From positions 235,815 to 299,814 of the forward strand of contig CAWDJB010000002.1 in NCBI GenBank assembly GCA_963802505.1: 64,000 bases of DNA. The letters run 5' to 3'. This document shows positions 10,732 through 20,457 of this stretch, one piece after another. Both the position numbers and the translations under genes were made by a program. The notes under the pieces are model-generated. The model searched no databases. It was not told the origin of the DNA and saw only the letters and a program-made list of their open reading frames with translations. Each line of letters opens with the position of its first letter. Position 1 is the first letter of the stretch. The DNA comes from an uncultured Acidimicrobiales bacterium. GTDB lineage: Bacteria; Actinomycetota; Acidimicrobiia; Acidimicrobiales; DATKAS01.

Positions 10732-11479
10732 GCTCGCGGGCGAAGAACTCGAGCGCGGTACGCGTCTTCGTAGCCTGCTCTCCGGTCGTGTCGATCCCCT
10801 TGTTGGCGAGAAACGCCTTGGCTTCGGCAGCAACCTGGAATGCCTCGGCCGGCGGGCACTTCGTCGACAGCTCGAGGATGCGCGACCCGTCGGGGTAGTT
10901 CCAAAGCTCGCCGACGATCTTCCGAGCGAAGTCCGCCGGTTTCCACTTCAGCTTGAACACGGTGATCGGCCCGAGAACCGACAGATCGTTGATGTCCATG
11001 CCGTCGGGCGCGTGCTCGGCGAAGAAGGCTCGTTGCTCCTTCGAGAAGACCTTCTTGATGGGCTTGTTGCCGAGCAGGATCTCGCGGACTGCGAGGGGAC
11101 CCGCGGTGCGCATCGATCCGGAGCACACAAACCCCCCAGGCATCGCGTCGACCTCGACGCCGAAGCTCGGGTTCTTGCGGAGCGTCGGTGACAGCTTCTC
11201 GGGCAGGACTGGGCGCAGCTTGACGGTCGAGTCGTCACCAACGCCTTGCACTCGGCGGGCCCGGACGACGACGCCCGCCCGGTCGAGCGCGAGGTCGGGC
11301 GTGTCGAAGAACACGACCTGACGGATCTGGGCGTCGAGGGGATCGATGCCGAGCGCCTGCATGATGTGGCGGCCATGGTTTGCCGGCACCGTGAGCTTGA
11401 GCTCGACGCTGTCGACTGTCTTCAGGAGGCCCAACAGCTCGTTCAGCTGTTCGATGCTGAGATTGGGCGGAACCGGCAT
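10706..11479 (-). CDS. CYTH-like (triphosphate tunnel metalloenzyme-like) domain protein
   Basis: 257 aa. The pattern of charged beta-strands is typical of CYTH (VELKLTV, VVVRARRV, TVKLRPV, GVEVDAM, ILELSTK). Confidence 0.55.
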   Translation of the reverse strand: MPVPPNLSIEQLNELLGLLKTVDSVELKLTVPANHGRHIMQALGIDPLDAQIRQVVFFDTPDLALDRAGVVVRARRVQGVGDDSTVKLRPVLPEKLSPTLRKNPSFGVEVDAMPGGFVCSGSMRTAGPLAVREILLGNKPIKKVFSKEQRAFFAEHAPDGMDINDLSVLGPITVFKLKWKPADFARKIVGELWNYPDGSRILELSTKCPPAEAFQVAAEAKAFLANKGIDTTGEQATKTRTALEFFARELTAAGQSG

Positions 11480-11563
11480 GACGAACCTCCTGCGGGAAGG
11501 GCCAATTGCTTACTCGGTAGAAGACCACGTGACGGGACAGCGCTTGCGTACGCTCCACCACTC

Positions 11564-12985
11564 ATGACGACTGTCATCGAGGCCGCGCCCGGCAACCCAA
11601 TCGAACGATCGCCGTCCGACCTGCTGCGGCTGGTCGTCGCGTTCGTCGTGCTCGTCGGACTGATGCTGCTCGACTGGCTCGCAGGCGACACCCTCGTGAG
11701 GTTCGCGCACGATCTCCTGAGTGGGCTGAACGCGGTGCCGACATGGATCCTCGACACCTTCGTGATCGCCACGCGCTTCGCCGCCATCGCCCTCGTGCTC
11801 GTCGGCATCGTGACCCTCGCGCGTGACGGGGGCCTCCGGCTGCTGGGCACAGTCGTCATCTCGATCGTGATCTCCTGGGGACTGATGGCGCTGCTCGAGA
11901 TCGTTGACACCACCTCGGTCCGATCGGTCGTCGATCTCGACGAACTCGGCGCCCTCACCGGCACCAGCAGCTGGGCGACCGACAGCGCGATCGCGGCGCT
12001 CGCTGCCGCACTCACCGCAGCAGCCCCGTGGTTGAGCCGGCGAGCTCGTCGCATTGGCTGGGCCGTCGCCCTTGCGATGTGGGTGGTCCACCTGCTGGTG
12101 TCGGCCATTGCCTTCGACTCCACCCGTGCCCTCGTGTGCGGCTGGCTCGCAGGAGCGCTGACGCTCGTGATCCTGGGCGCGCCGGCCCGGCGGCCGAGCG
12201 GCCAAGCGATTGCCGATGGGCTGGCTGCAGTGGGGGTTCCCCTCGCCGAGCTGAAGCAGGCGAGCGTCGACGCTCGTGGGTCGACCCCCTACTTCGGCAA
12301 GACTGAAGACGGTCAGGGCCTCTTCGTCAAGGCGCTGGGCGAGGACCAGCGGAGCGCCGACCTGCTGTTTCGGTTGTATCGCACGATCAACCGCCGCGAC
12401 TTGGGCGACGAGCGACCCTTCTCCTCGCTACGCCGAGCGGTCGAGCACGAGGCCATGGTCGCGTTGGCGGCGCGCGATCTCGGCATCCGCACACCGAGGC
12501 TCGTCGCGTTCGCGTCGGCCGAGCCCAACTCGTTCGTCCTCGCGTACGAGGCCGTCGAGGGCAAGTCCCTCGACCGAGTCGAGCCCGAGGACATGACCGA
12601 CGAGGTGCTCGGCGCGGTGTGGAAACAGGTGGCGTTGATGCGCACGCACCGCATCGCCCACCGCGACATGCGGCTCGCAAACATCTTCCTCGCCGCGGAC
12701 GGCGAGGTCTGGATGATCGACTTCGGCTTCAGCGAGCTCGCTGCGTCCGACCTGCTGCTCGCGAACGACGTCGCGGAATTCACCGCGTCGTCGTCACTCA
12801 AGATCGGTCCCGAGCGGGCCGTCGCGCTGGCCGAGGAGGGCGTGGGGCCGCAGGCAGTCGAGTCCAGCCTCGACCGCCTCCATCCTTGGGCGCTGAGCGG
12901 TGCGACCCGCACGGGCCTGAAGGAGACCAACGGACTGCTCGACGACCTGCGGGCGAGGATCAGCCGAGCAAGCGCTTCGCGATGA
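11564..12985 (+). CDS. Integral membrane protein with C-terminal atypical protein-kinase-like domain
   Basis: Starts at ATG 11564. It has ~6 hydrophobic helices, then a kinase-like core with catalytic loop [13 protein letters not shown] and metal-binding MIDFGFSE (RIO/Kdo-kinase-like). Confidence 0.6.
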   Translation: MTTVIEAAPGNPIERSPSDLLRLVVAFVVLVGLMLLDWLAGDTLVRFAHDLLSGLNAVPTWILDTFVIATRFAAIALVLVGIVTLARDGGLRLLGTVVISIVISWGLMALLEIVDTTSVRSVVDLDELGALTGTSSWATDSAIAALAAALTAAAPWLSRRARRIGWAVALAMWVVHLLVSAIAFDSTRALVCGWLAGALTLVILGAPARRPSGQAIADGLAAVGVPLAELKQASVDARGSTPYFGKTEDGQGLFVKALGEDQRSADLLFRLYRTINRRDLGDERPFSSLRRAVEHEAMVALAARDLGIRTPRLVAFASAEPNSFVLAYEAVEGKSLDRVEPEDMTDEVLGAVWKQVALMRTHRIAHRDMRLANIFLAADGEVWMIDFGFSELAASDLLLANDVAEFTASSSLKIGPERAVALAEEGVGPQAVESSLDRLHPWALSGATRTGLKETNGLLDDLRARISRASASR

Positions 12986-14105
12986 CCACCCGCTGGATCT
13001 GATTGGTGCCTTCGTAGATCTGGGTGATCTTCGCGTCGCGCATCATCCGCTCGACAGGGAAGTCGCGGGTGTAGCCGTAGCCCCCGAGCAGCTGCACGGC
13101 GTCGGTGGTGACCTGCATCGCGACGTCGGCAGCGAAGCACTTCGCCATCGCTCCGAGCTTCGACAGATCGCCGTGGGGGTCGCCTTCGTCCACGACGGCG
13201 CACGCCTGGTAGACGAGACCCCGGGCGGCCTCGACGCGCATCGCGGCATCGGCCACCATGAACTGCAGGCCTTGGAGATCGGCGATCGGTCGGCCGAACG
13301 CCTTGCGCTCCTTCATGTAGCCCACCGCGTAGTCGAGCGCGCCCTGCGCGATTCCCACCGCCTGGGCGCCGATCGTCGGTCGGGACCGATCGAGGGTGTG
13401 CATCGCGATCTTGAAGCCCTCGCCTTCGTCGCCGATCAGGTTCGTCGCGGGGACGCGCACGTCGTCTAACAGGAGCTGCCCGGTGGGGCTTCCCTTGATG
13501 CCCATCTTCTCTTCGAGCTTCGTGACCTGCACACCCCAGTCCTTCTCCACCACGAACGCGGAGATGCCGTGATGGCCCGCGCTGGGATCGGTCTTCGCGA
13601 ACACGACGTAGATGTCGGAGATGCCGGCGTTCGTGATCCAGACCTTCGTGCCCGTGAGGACATACGAGTCGCCATCGCGGACCGCCCGCATCGTCATCGA
13701 GGCGACGTCGCTTCCTGCGTCAGCCTCGGACAGGCAGTACGACCCCTGCGACTCACCACTCGCCACGCGCGGGAGGTAGGTGCGCTTGAGCTCCTCGGTG
13801 CCGAAGTTGGTGATCGGTAGCGTCGACAGCTTCGAGATCAGCAGCATGAGGCTCGTCGACGCGCACACCCGCGCCAGCTCCTCGGCCGCGATCGCTTGGG
13901 TCACGAGGTCCGCGCCCGCGCCTCCGTGCTCGACCGGCAGGCCGAGCGCCGGCAGCTCCATCGTCACGAGGGCGTGGAACGCGTCCCAGTCATATCGGGC
14001 GAGATGGTCGGTCTCCGCGGCCCGCGGGGCGATCTTGTCCTCGCTGAACTGGCGCATGACCTCGCGGAACTGGCGCTGCTCGTCGGTCAGCGTGATCGGT
14101 TGCAT
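12960..14105 (-). CDS. Acyl-CoA dehydrogenase
   Basis: ACAD N-terminal, middle and C-terminal domain motifs are present ([56 protein letters not shown]). An alternative start is ATG 14150. Confidence 0.9.
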   Translation of the reverse strand: MQPITLTDEQRQFREVMRQFSEDKIAPRAAETDHLARYDWDAFHALVTMELPALGLPVEHGGAGADLVTQAIAAEELARVCASTSLMLLISKLSTLPITNFGTEELKRTYLPRVASGESQGSYCLSEADAGSDVASMTMRAVRDGDSYVLTGTKVWITNAGISDIYVVFAKTDPSAGHHGISAFVVEKDWGVQVTKLEEKMGIKGSPTGQLLLDDVRVPATNLIGDEGEGFKIAMHTLDRSRPTIGAQAVGIAQGALDYAVGYMKERKAFGRPIADLQGLQFMVADAAMRVEAARGLVYQACAVVDEGDPHGDLSKLGAMAKCFAADVAMQVTTDAVQLLGGYGYTRDFPVERMMRDAKITQIYEGTNQIQRVVIAKRLLG

Positions 14106-14153
14106 AGCCCAAGTGTCGCGCCACGCGAACTGGCGCTGGGATAGAACCATTCG

Positions 14154-14996
14154 ATGGTCGATCGCCCGCTCATCCCCGCGATGCGCAGGCTGCTCCTGGT
14201 AGCCAGCCTGCTGGTGCTCGCCGTGGGCATCCCGCTCATGCTCCGGCCGACCGAGACCGCCGATTACTTCTCCTGGACGATCCAGCCGCCGCTGACGGCT
14301 GCGTTCCTCGGATCGGCGTATTGGGCGAGCTTCCTGCTCGAGTACGAGGCCTCACGCCGGCACACCTGGGATTACGCCCGCGTCGCCGTGCCGGCCGTGT
14401 TCGCGTTCACCGTCCTGACGCTGATCGCGACGCTCAACAACCTCGAGAAATTCCACTTCGGCGATCCCGGCGTCATCGTGTCGATCGTCACCTGGGGCTG
14501 GCTGGTCGTCTACGCGGTCGTCCCGATCATCATGGCGGTGATCTGGGTGAGGCAGACCCGCGAGCCCGGCGTCGACGGCCCGCGCATCCGCCCCACGCCG
14601 ATGTGGTTTCGTACTGCCGGCGCGATCACTGGCGTCGCGCTGATCGCCTACGGCGCCGTGATGTTCGTGCGCCCGAGCGCCGTCGCGTCGTCGTGGCCAT
14701 GGGCGCTCACCACCCTCACCGCACAGGCCGTCGCGGCGTGGCTCGTCGGCATCGGCATCGCATCGCTGCACTCAGCGTGGGAGGCCGACTGGGAGCGCAT
14801 CGAACCCGCGATGGCGGCCAACTTCGCGCTGGGCGTGCTCGAGATCTACTCGCTGGTGCGCTTCCGCGACGACGTCGACTGGGATCGCGCGAGCGGTTGG
14901 ATCTACTTGATCGTCGTGATCGCGCTCGGGCTGCTCGGTGCTTACGGCTGGTTCGCGGCGACGAGACCGATCAACACCGACCACCGCGCGGGGTAA
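14154..14996 (+). CDS. Polytopic membrane protein, function unknown
   Basis: 280 aa with ~7 hydrophobic segments and high GC3. Confidence 0.6.
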   Translation: MVDRPLIPAMRRLLLVASLLVLAVGIPLMLRPTETADYFSWTIQPPLTAAFLGSAYWASFLLEYEASRRHTWDYARVAVPAVFAFTVLTLIATLNNLEKFHFGDPGVIVSIVTWGWLVVYAVVPIIMAVIWVRQTREPGVDGPRIRPTPMWFRTAGAITGVALIAYGAVMFVRPSAVASSWPWALTTLTAQAVAAWLVGIGIASLHSAWEADWERIEPAMAANFALGVLEIYSLVRFRDDVDWDRASGWIYLIVVIALGLLGAYGWFAATRPINTDHRAG

Positions 14997-15484
14997 GCGG
15001 CGCGCACCGCGTCCGGAGTCATCCGGAGGGTCTCCTCGGGCACCTGTGCGGCGATCGCCCGCTGGTCGAGGTAGTGGATCGGGAGCGACACCGACTGGAA
15101 CAGAGGCCGCCGGAGATCGACCAGCTCCGAAGGCGCCGACGGGTCGAGAAAGCCCCACACCGTGAACGCAATATCGAGATCGTGGATCACGGGCGCGCGG
15201 CGAAAGAGCGAGGCGCGGCGCATCGCGACGGCAACGCACCCGGCGATCGCGTCCTCCGCGTGCTCGTGCGCGACGAGGTGGAGACGATCGTGGAAGCGCT
15301 TGGCGAGCAGGAGCGCAAAGCCTTGGTCGGGGCCCGGGTCGCCGTGGAACCGTCCCTCGGGCTGCTGCAGCGCATCGAGGTCCCCGGGCCGAACGGCCAA
15401 CCAGGGCCCGGGCACGTGGTCGGGTGACTCGTACGCCCGCGGCCGGTCGGTTGGCTTGAGAGGGACGTACTCGGGCGCGGCCAT
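14942..15484 (-). CDS. Hypothetical protein, last gene of the leuB-ilvE-cimA transcription unit
   Basis: Internal ATG 15484 (MAAPEYVPLKP...) lies 4 nt after the cimA stop. The longer ORF-track version would overlap cimA. I recognise no motif. Confidence 0.5.
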   Translation of the reverse strand: MAAPEYVPLKPTDRPRAYESPDHVPGPWLAVRPGDLDALQQPEGRFHGDPGPDQGFALLLAKRFHDRLHLVAHEHAEDAIAGCVAVAMRRASLFRRAPVIHDLDIAFTVWGFLDPSAPSELVDLRRPLFQSVSLPIHYLDQRAIAAQVPEETLRMTPDAVRAAYPARWSVLIGLVAANQP

Positions 15485-15488
15485 CAGC

Positions 15489-17087
15489 TCAGTCTGTCGT
15501 GTGGGCTGTCGTGTGCAGCAGGCCGAAGACGATGGAATCGAACAGGGCGAGCCACGAGGCCTCGATGATGTTCTCGGACACACCGATCGTCGACCAGGTG
15601 AGGTCGCCGTTCGTCGAGTCGATGAGCACGCGGGTGACCGCGCCCGTGCCCTTGTCGGTGTCGAGCACGCGCACCTTGTAGTCGGTGAGGTGCACACGAT
15701 CGAGTGCCGGATAGCACGAGGAGATCGCGAGCCGGAGGGCTTGGTCGAGTGCGTTGACCGGACCGTTGCCCTCGGCGGCGCGGATGACGCGCTCACCGTT
15801 CACGTGCACCTTCACCGTGGCTTCCGTGGTGAACGATCCGCTCGGAAGCTCGTCGGTGGTGACGCGAAACGACTCGACCTCGAAGTACTGCTGGTCCCAC
15901 CCGGCGGCGCGGCGCATCAGCAGCTCGAGCGAGCCGTCGGCCGCCTCGAAGTGGTACCCCTCGTGCTCGAGCCGCTTCAGCATGTCGACGACGTCGCCGA
16001 GCGCCTTGCCGTCGAGGTCGAGGCCGAGCTCCTCGGCCTTGATCTTGAGCGTCGCCTTGCCGGCAAGCTCGGAGACGACGAAGCGAGTGCCGTTGCCGAC
16101 GCTGTCGGGAGGAATGTGCTCGTACGCATCGGGACGCTTCGCGATCGCGCTCACGTGCAGGCCCGCCTTGTGCGCGAACGCCGACGCGCCCACGTAGGGC
16201 GCCTGCGGGTTCGGCGCGACGTTCACGAGCTCGGCGATGTGGTGCGCGACGGAGGTGAGTCGCTCCATCCGGTCGGGCGGGATCGTCCGCATCCCCATCT
16301 TGAGCGACAGGTTCGGGATCACCGTGGTGAGGTTGCAGTTGCCGGTGCGCTCACCGATCCCGTTGATCGTTCCCTGCACCTGGCGGGCGCCCGCCCTCAC
16401 TGCGGCGACAGCGTTGGCCACCGCGCAGCCCGTGTCGTCGTGCGTGTGGATCGCGATCACGACGTCGTTGCGGAAGTGGGAGACGACGTCGCTCACGGTC
16501 TGCTCGACCTCGAACGGGAGCGATCCGCCGTTGGTGTCGCAGAGCACGAGCGTCGACGCGCCTTGCTCGGCGGCGGCCTCGAGCACCCGCAACGCGAACT
16601 CGGGGTTGCGCTTGTAGCCGTCGAAGAAGTGCTCGGCGTCGAACATGACTCCGAGGCCGTGGCCGCGGAGGTACTCGACCGAGTCGGCGACCATCGCGAC
16701 GCCCTCGTCGAGTGTCGTCGTCAGCGTCTCGGTCACGTGGTAGTCCCACGACTTGCCGACGATGCACACCGCGCTCGTGCCGGCCGCGACGAGGTTCGCG
16801 AGGGTCGGGTCGTCATCGACCTTCCCCTTCACGCGCCTCGTCGAACCGAAGGCGACGAGCGTCGACGTCGAGAGCTGGAGCTCGGTCGCAGCGCGGCGGA
16901 AGAACTCCTCGTCCTTCGGGTTCGCGCCCGGCCAGCCACCCTCGATCCAGTGGATGCCGAGGTGGTCGAGCTGCTCGGCGATGCGCAGCTTGTCGTCGAC
17001 GGTGAGCGAGATGCCTTCGAGCTGCGCGCCGTCGCGCAACGTCGTGTCGAAGATCTCGACCTGGGCGCCGGCTCCCTCAGGCGACAT
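15489..17087 (-). CDS. cimA: (R)-citramalate synthase (LeuA-family, CimA type)
   Basis: From ATG 17087. VEIFDTTLRDGAQLEGISLTVDDKLRIAEQLDHLGIHWIEGGWPGANPKDEEFF and the ~530-aa architecture with a C-terminal regulatory domain match CimA-type enzymes rather than the long actinobacterial LeuA, which is separately present at 26369. Confidence 0.8.
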   Translation of the reverse strand: MSPEGAGAQVEIFDTTLRDGAQLEGISLTVDDKLRIAEQLDHLGIHWIEGGWPGANPKDEEFFRRAATELQLSTSTLVAFGSTRRVKGKVDDDPTLANLVAAGTSAVCIVGKSWDYHVTETLTTTLDEGVAMVADSVEYLRGHGLGVMFDAEHFFDGYKRNPEFALRVLEAAAEQGASTLVLCDTNGGSLPFEVEQTVSDVVSHFRNDVVIAIHTHDDTGCAVANAVAAVRAGARQVQGTINGIGERTGNCNLTTVIPNLSLKMGMRTIPPDRMERLTSVAHHIAELVNVAPNPQAPYVGASAFAHKAGLHVSAIAKRPDAYEHIPPDSVGNGTRFVVSELAGKATLKIKAEELGLDLDGKALGDVVDMLKRLEHEGYHFEAADGSLELLMRRAAGWDQQYFEVESFRVTTDELPSGSFTTEATVKVHVNGERVIRAAEGNGPVNALDQALRLAISSCYPALDRVHLTDYKVRVLDTDKGTGAVTRVLIDSTNGDLTWSTIGVSENIIEASWLALFDSIVFGLLHTTAHTTD

Positions 17088-17994
17088 GCTCGACCCACTC
17101 CTTGTATCGATCGACCTGGCCGCGGACGGCCCTCGAGTACTCGTCGGCGATCGCCGTGGTGATCGGACCGGGGCACGGGATCTCACGATCGTCGACCGAC
17201 CGCACCGCTCCGACCTCAGCCGCGGTTCCCGAGACGAACATCTCCTCGGCGATGTAGAGGTCGCTGCGAGCGAGGTCGCCGACGCGGCACTCGAAGCCGA
17301 GGTCACGCGCGATCGTCATGATGCTGTTCTGGGTGATGCCCTCGAGCGCGCCCGACGACAGCGGGGGCGTGATGATCGCGCCGTGGCGCACTGCGAAGAC
17401 GTTCTCACCGGTGCACTCGGCAATCAGCCCCTGACGGTTCAGCATGATCGCCTCGTCATAGCCAGCGTCGAGCGCCTCGATCTTCGCGAGGGACGAGTTC
17501 ACGTAGTTCCCGGTGGTCTTCGCCGCCGGCGGCATGGTGTTGTGGTCGTGGCGCACCCACGAGCTGATCTTCATCCGCACACCCTTGGTCGCCGCGTCGT
17601 CGCCGAGGTAAGCGCCCCAGGGCCAGCACGCGACCGCGACGTCGACGCTGCACGGCTTCGTGCTGAGACCCATCTCCCCGTAGCCGTAGTACGCGATCGG
17701 GCGCACGTAGCAAGCGGGGAGGCCACTCGCTCGCACGACCGCCTTCGACGCCTCGATGATCTCTTCCACCGAGTACGGCTGAGGCATGCCGAGGATGCGA
17801 GCCGAGTCGCGCATGCGGCTGATGTGGTCGGTGAGGCGGAAGATCGCGGGACCTCCGTCGGTCTCGTACGCGCGCATCCCCTCGAACACGCCCATGCCGT
17901 AGTGGAGCGTGTGTGTGAGGACGTGGATCTTGGCGTCGGCCCAGTCGACCATCTCGCCGTTCATCCAGATCTTCTCGGTGGGGGTGATGGGCAT
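17077..17994 (-). CDS. ilvE: Branched-chain amino acid aminotransferase
   Basis: From ATG 17994 ([18 protein letters not shown]). Fold-type IV PLP aminotransferase motifs are present ([20 protein letters not shown]...ECTGENVF). Confidence 0.9.
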   Translation of the reverse strand: MPITPTEKIWMNGEMVDWADAKIHVLTHTLHYGMGVFEGMRAYETDGGPAIFRLTDHISRMRDSARILGMPQPYSVEEIIEASKAVVRASGLPACYVRPIAYYGYGEMGLSTKPCSVDVAVACWPWGAYLGDDAATKGVRMKISSWVRHDHNTMPPAAKTTGNYVNSSLAKIEALDAGYDEAIMLNRQGLIAECTGENVFAVRHGAIITPPLSSGALEGITQNSIMTIARDLGFECRVGDLARSDLYIAEEMFVSGTAAEVGAVRSVDDREIPCPGPITTAIADEYSRAVRGQVDRYKEWVEHVA

Positions 17995-17995
17995 C

Positions 17996-18979
17996 TCAGA
18001 CCCTTTCTGCGACAAGGTCGCCGATCTCGGTTGTCGACCCGGACAGACCGGGTTCGGCACATGCCTTGCGGACGCGGGCGGCGGCGTCGGCCTCGCCCAG
18101 GAACTCGAGCATCATCGCCGCGGACAGGATCGCGGCGACGGGGTTTGCCTTGTTCATGCCGGCGATGTCGGGCGCAGAGCCGTGCACCGGCTCGAAGAGC
18201 GAGGGACCCGTGCGGGCAGGGTTCAGGTTCGCCGACGCGGCGAAGCCGATGCCGCCCGACACCGCGCCGCCCAAGTCGGTGAGGATGTCGCCGAAGAGGT
18301 TGTCGGTGACGATCACGTCGTAGCGCTGCGGGTCCTGAACGAAGTAGATGCACGCCGCGTCGACGTGGTTGTACGCGGTGGTGACATCGGGGTAGTCGGC
18401 GTGCACCGCGTCGAACGTGCGCTGCCAGAGGTCGCCTGCAAATGTGAGGACGTTCGTCTTGTGCACGAGGGTGAGGTGCTTGCGAGCGCGGCTGCGGGCG
18501 AGATCGAACGAGAAGCGGATGCACCGCTCGACGCCCATGCGCGTGTTGACCGACCCCTGTGTCGCGATCTCATGGGGCGTGCCCTTGCGGAGGAAGCCGC
18601 CCTCCCCGGCGTAGGTGCCCTCGGTGTTCTCGCGAACGACGAGGAAGTCGACGTTCGGAGGGAGGAGGAAGGGGCGGAGGTTCACGTACAGGTCGAGGTC
18701 GAAGCGAAGCTTGAGGAGCAAGCCACGCTCGAGCACTCCGGGCGGCACGTCGGGAGTGCCGACGGCACCGAGGAGGATCGCGTCGAACTGGCGCAGCTCG
18801 TCGACCGTGTCGTCGGTGAGGACCTCGCCGGTGCTCAGGTAGCGAGCGCCCCCGAGGTCGTACTCCTTCGTGTCGAGGGCAACGCCCGCGGCACGCGCGA
18901 CCTTGATGGCCTCGGCCACGACATCAGGACCGATGCCGTCGCCGCCGATCACGGCGATGCGGTGTGACTTGGTCGTCAT
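17996..18979 (-). CDS. leuB: 3-isopropylmalate dehydrogenase
   Basis: From ATG 18979 ([20 protein letters not shown]). Motifs [14 protein letters not shown] and [10 protein letters not shown] are present. Confidence 0.9.
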   Translation of the reverse strand: MTTKSHRIAVIGGDGIGPDVVAEAIKVARAAGVALDTKEYDLGGARYLSTGEVLTDDTVDELRQFDAILLGAVGTPDVPPGVLERGLLLKLRFDLDLYVNLRPFLLPPNVDFLVVRENTEGTYAGEGGFLRKGTPHEIATQGSVNTRMGVERCIRFSFDLARSRARKHLTLVHKTNVLTFAGDLWQRTFDAVHADYPDVTTAYNHVDAACIYFVQDPQRYDVIVTDNLFGDILTDLGGAVSGGIGFAASANLNPARTGPSLFEPVHGSAPDIAGMNKANPVAAILSAAMMLEFLGEADAAARVRKACAEPGLSGSTTEIGDLVAERV

Positions 18980-18996
18980 GCGTTGGTGCTGCTCCC

Positions 18997-19110
18997 GAAA
19001 ATCAGAAAACCGCCCCCGGAGGGACGGTCGGAAGCGCACGCCAGGAAAGGGCGTGCGCTACGAAATGATGATCTCTACGTCGGAGTGGATCGAATGCAAC
19101 ACGAAGTGCA
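18997..19110 (-). promoter_or_regulatory. Candidate leader-peptide attenuator of leuB-ilvE-cimA
   Basis: On the minus strand, a leader ORF at 19110..19057 encodes MHFVLHSIHSDVEIIIS-stop (ATC ATC ATT just before the stop). Hairpin GCGCACGCC-N7-GGCGTGCGC (19057..19033) begins at the G of the TAG stop. Then comes stem ACCGTCC/GGGCGGT (19027..19009) followed by TTTTCTGATTTTC. The leuB ATG lies 18 nt further on. Confidence 0.55.
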
Positions 19111-19134
19111 TCAGACCACCGTACCACGGGTAAC

Positions 19135-19617
19135 TTGACGCGAGTGAGCCAGACACAGCTGACCCCGTCGGCGCACGCCCGTCTCAAGGCCGAGCTCGAA
19201 GACCTCACGACTCGCGGCCGCACCGAAGTGGCACAGGAGATCGAGATCGCCCGCGCCCACGGCGATCTGTCCGAGAACGGCGACTACCACGCCGCCAAGG
19301 ACAAGCAAGGGATGATGGAGGCGCGCATCCGCAAGATCGAGTCGATGCTGCGCGATGCGGTGATCGCCGAGGACGACGGATCCGGTGCGGTGCAGGCAGG
19401 CTCGATCGTCACGATCGTCTACGAGGGCGACTCGTCTGACGATGCCGAGCGCTATCTCGTCGGCAGCATCGAGGAGCGGGTCGAAGGGCTCGACGTGATC
19501 TCGCCGGCATCGCCGCTCGGCGAGGCGCTGATCGGCACAGTGCAGGGCGACACGGTCTCGTACGAAGCACCGACCGGTGCCACGCTGCGAGTCACCGTCG
19601 TGGCCGTCGAGCGCTAG
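19135..19617 (+). CDS. greA: Transcription elongation factor GreA
   Basis: LTPSAHARLKAELEDL...AREHGDLSENGDYHAAKDKQG is the GreA N-terminal coiled-coil signature. The start is TTG 19135 or GTG 19144. Confidence 0.9.
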   Translation: MTRVSQTQLTPSAHARLKAELEDLTTRGRTEVAQEIEIARAHGDLSENGDYHAAKDKQGMMEARIRKIESMLRDAVIAEDDGSGAVQAGSIVTIVYEGDSSDDAERYLVGSIEERVEGLDVISPASPLGEALIGTVQGDTVSYEAPTGATLRVTVVAVER

Positions 19618-19626
19618 CGACCAGCG

Positions 19627-20433
19627 ATGGCTGAACCGGGGCGGTGGCTGCGAGACCTGCCTGGTCCCCCGGGCGCCCCGACGGTCTTCTTGCTCCACGG
19701 GCTCGGCGCCACTGCCGACCTCAACTGGTTCCCGTCGTACCCGTCGCTCTCTTCTCGGTATCGGGTGATCGCGATGGACCACCGAGGGCATGGGCGCGGC
19801 ATCCGGTCACGGCGCCCGTTCCGCCTCGAGGATTGTGCCGACGACGTCGTCGACGTGGCCGACGCGCTCGGTGTGCGCTCGTTCATCCCCGTCGGGTACT
19901 CGATGGGGGGACCGATCGCGCAGCTCGTGTGGCGCCGGCACCGCTCACGAGTCGATGGTCTCGTGCTCTGCGCGACGGCCGCTCGGTTCGCGTCGTCGCC
20001 CGAATCGAGGCTCGGGTTCGTCGGACTCGGCGGCCTCGCGATGGCATCGAGGTTGACGCCTCGCGCGGTGCAGCGCCGCTTCATCGACGGCATGGTGTCG
20101 CGGCGCGAGGCGAGCGGGCCCGAGCTGTGGGCGCGGGAACAGATGCGCCGGCACGACCTCACTGCTGTGCTCGAGGCGTCGCGGGCGGTCGGCCAGTTCT
20201 CGTCGACGAAGTGGATCGGGACGATCGACGTGCCCACTGCGGTCGTCGTGACCAGTCGCGACACCCTGGTCTCGCCACGACGCCAGCTGGCGCTGGCCTC
20301 CGCGATCCAAGGCGCGACCGTGCACCAGGTCGACGCGGATCACGATGCCGCCGTGTTCGCGGCCGACCGCTTCGTGCCCGCGCTGCTCGATGCGTGCGAG
20401 TCGGTGGCGTCGCGGTCACTGGTGCGTGGGTGA
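19627..20433 (+). CDS. Alpha/beta-fold hydrolase
   Basis: HG oxyanion motif (VFLLHGLGAT) and nucleophile elbow GYSMGG. Confidence 0.8.
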   Translation: MAEPGRWLRDLPGPPGAPTVFLLHGLGATADLNWFPSYPSLSSRYRVIAMDHRGHGRGIRSRRPFRLEDCADDVVDVADALGVRSFIPVGYSMGGPIAQLVWRRHRSRVDGLVLCATAARFASSPESRLGFVGLGGLAMASRLTPRAVQRRFIDGMVSRREASGPELWAREQMRRHDLTAVLEASRAVGQFSSTKWIGTIDVPTAVVVTSRDTLVSPRRQLALASAIQGATVHQVDADHDAAVFAADRFVPALLDACESVASRSLVRG

Positions 20434-20457
20434 CCGAGGGCGACACCCTCTACCGGC

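Noticed and set aside
19009-19057. The two hairpins between leuB and greA as a bidirectional terminator or a greA 5' element.
   Set aside because: There is no convergent gene to terminate, since leuB and greA diverge. The T-tract follows the second stem only on the leuB (minus) strand; on the plus strand it is a preceding A-tract.
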